Positions 63,990 through 64,000 of a DNA stretch of 64,000 bases are shown one piece after another; positions within the stretch are counted from its first letter, which is position 1, and every line of letters begins with the position of its first letter. The position numbers and the translations under genes are program-made. The stretch is from Escherichia phage vB-Eco-KMB43. The stretch lies in the sequence record OR525698.1; one strand, 5' to 3'. The notes below the pieces were generated by a model. That model was not told the origin of the DNA and ran no database searches. It saw only the letters and a program-made list of their open reading frames with translations.

Positions 63990-64000
63990 AGTATCACCTC

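Noticed and set aside
1-64000. tRNA or other structured RNA genes
   Set aside because: No cloverleaf-like candidates stood out by eye, and the T4 tRNA cluster lies outside this part of the map; this cannot be excluded without a tRNAscan or Infernal run

Overview
This window reads as a contiguous segment of a T4-like (Tevenvirinae) myovirus genome. Gene order and protein similarity follow the T4 map: hoc (partial), inh-position gene, uvsW, uvsW.1, uvsY, baseplate genes 25-26-51-27-29-48-54, alt, a long early region of small ORFs, DNA ligase 30, gp31, cd, pseT, spanin candidates, rnlA, a denA-like GIY-YIG gene, nrdB, nrdA, td, frd, gene 32, 59, 33, dsbA, rnh, tail fibre genes 34-35-36-37-38, holin t, another early region, gp52 and rIIB. 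The small-ORF regions carry about 25 copies of a ~50 bp early promoter with a GC-rich stem-loop between -35 and -10 (PeSL-type, as described for the RB49/phi1 group), so an RB49-like phage is the best guess. No td or nrdB intron and no alc gene were seen. Everything here is by eye from the sequence and the supplied ORF track; no searches were run. The most unusual observations are: (1) gene 54 is interrupted by a ~377-380 bp intervening sequence that must be removed to restore a T4-like gp54; (2) two perfect 55 bp tandem duplications, one frameshifting gene 32 after ~36 codons and one truncating uvsW; (3) a GC-rich C5-cytosine methyltransferase flanked by identical promoter copies between nrdB and nrdA; (4) an operon encoding a minimal C5-MTase-like protein, a zinc-ribbon protein and a DUF262 (ParB-like) protein; (5) a six-member paralogous small-protein family; (6) thymidylate synthase with a ~125 aa in-frame insertion.
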